The notes beneath the pieces are model-generated. The model searched no databases, had not been told where the DNA came from, and was given only the letters and a program-made list of their open reading frames with translations. Positions 7,981 to 9,114 of a stretch of DNA of 9,114 nt are shown here, one piece after another. A program made the position numbers and the translations under genes. Origin of the DNA: Azolla caroliniana (taxonomy: Eukaryota > Plantae > Polypodiophyta); the NCBI GenBank assembly GCA_043228905.1, contig JBHGNT010001387.1, forward strand, positions 1 through 9,114, read 5' to 3'. Each line of letters opens with the position of its first letter. Within the stretch, counting starts at the first letter, position 1.

Positions 7981-9114
7981 GGGACCCAAAAGAGGCACGG
8001 GAGACAACCTAGTTAACTGTGCCCGCAAACATGCACACACCCATATACACACCTGGTTACAACCGGCAACCACACACGCATTCGCTCTCGGACCCTACGC
8101 TAACTGGACACACACACACACCCTCACACGCAACGCTCGCTGCGATGCCAGTTCCACACGAAGAGGAAGAGGGAACATGCATCCTAGGGCCGGTTGGGGA
8201 GCTCCCAGGCTCGTTTGCGCGACGGAACCCTCGTGCAAGGCACGCCTCTTCCAGAATGACCGCCTCTTGTGCCAAGCCACCTTGCGCACCAACGAGGGAG
8301 ACCTGCCAATAGACCACCTAGCACGTGGACTCTGCACAAGCGACAAAAGCCAACACCTACGCACACACTTGTAGACATGCCGGACTGCGGTATGCTGAGA
8401 GCCAACGATTAGGAACTCAGGGAAAGCACAGACAGTCCGCATGCCGCCTGCCACAACCAAACACACTGCCTACGCATGCACAGAGAAGGCCCCGAAACCC
8501 TAACAAAAAACAGAGACAATGCACCCACACAGCAAGATGAAGAGGAGACAAAAACAGACGTTATACGCAGAAGCTTATTAACACTAAATGGAACCTCAAA
8601 ACGAGGAACAATGAGGAACAAAACTGTTTGGGACCCAATGAGTGGGAACCCCTGTTCAAGAAGCACGCCCTCCCTTTTATAGAACAAGGTAAGGGTCGCG
8701 TGATTATGTGGGATAAATCCCGACTTACTTGCTCGACCCGTCCCAAATAAACTTCTACTCGGCGCCATAAAGGCACCCCTATTCCCTATACAAGTTTTAC
8801 AAGAGTGGGTGCACATGGTGCACCTTGCCGATTCCTCCAATATCTCCCAGTTTCTCACCGTAGCCCAGAATCTTCACGACAACGCAGAGCAACAGACTGC
8901 ACATCCATTGGTATGTGCCAAATTCAGGGAAAGGTGATAGATTCTAGCAGGTGAGGAACCGGTCTTCCTTAATCAACACTCCAGTTTCCGCGTCGGCCTT
9001 GCCGTTCTGAACTGTCGGCCCTGGTTGTTCCTCGCGCTCGCCTCTCCGTAGGCTTGCTCGACCCGTCAATAGGTCCTTGCCGCGATTTGTCCTGTGCGCG
9101 TGGTCCCTTGTTGG

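Larger units (their letters stand above)
4398..9114 (+). mobile_element. Degenerate Ty3/gypsy LTR retrotransposon, non-chromovirus (Athila/Phygy-like), internal region
   Basis: The domain order is RT-RNaseH-INT. There is no chromodomain after the integrase and no extra RNase H between RH and INT. The long 3' region carries an extra ORF. No PPT or LTR was identified before the window end, so extension to 9114 is inferred. Confidence 0.75.

Noticed and set aside
7874-8858. Cluster of short overlapping ORFs on both strands
   Set aside because: This is CA-rich, low-complexity sequence with HTHT/VCVC peptides and no recognisable domain.

Overview
This is eukaryotic, plant-type repetitive DNA (a non-seed plant such as a moss is my inference) made of three apparently nested transposable elements, with no clear host gene. 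(1) 1-780 (+) is the 3' end of a Ty1/copia retrotransposon: RNase H C-terminus, polypurine tract and a ~527-bp 3' LTR. (2) ~781-4397 (-) is a DNA transposon with a spliced, Cys-rich transposase carrying Sola2-type motifs (DFAENY...EVQSMHW...SDDKKHD...WSDGAASQFK). Its two exons are stop-free and joined by a 92-bp GT-AG intron. A second intron carries a ~146-bp tandem array, and a 62/181-bp repeat array lies upstream. The exon expected to carry the third catalytic Asp is not in the window. (3) ~4398-9114 (+) is a decayed non-chromovirus Ty3/gypsy element (RT end, RNase H, integrase) followed by a reconstructable ~420-codon extra ORF. The most unusual item is the intron-containing Sola2-like transposase in a plant context. 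All family assignments come from motif recognition by eye; no searches were run.
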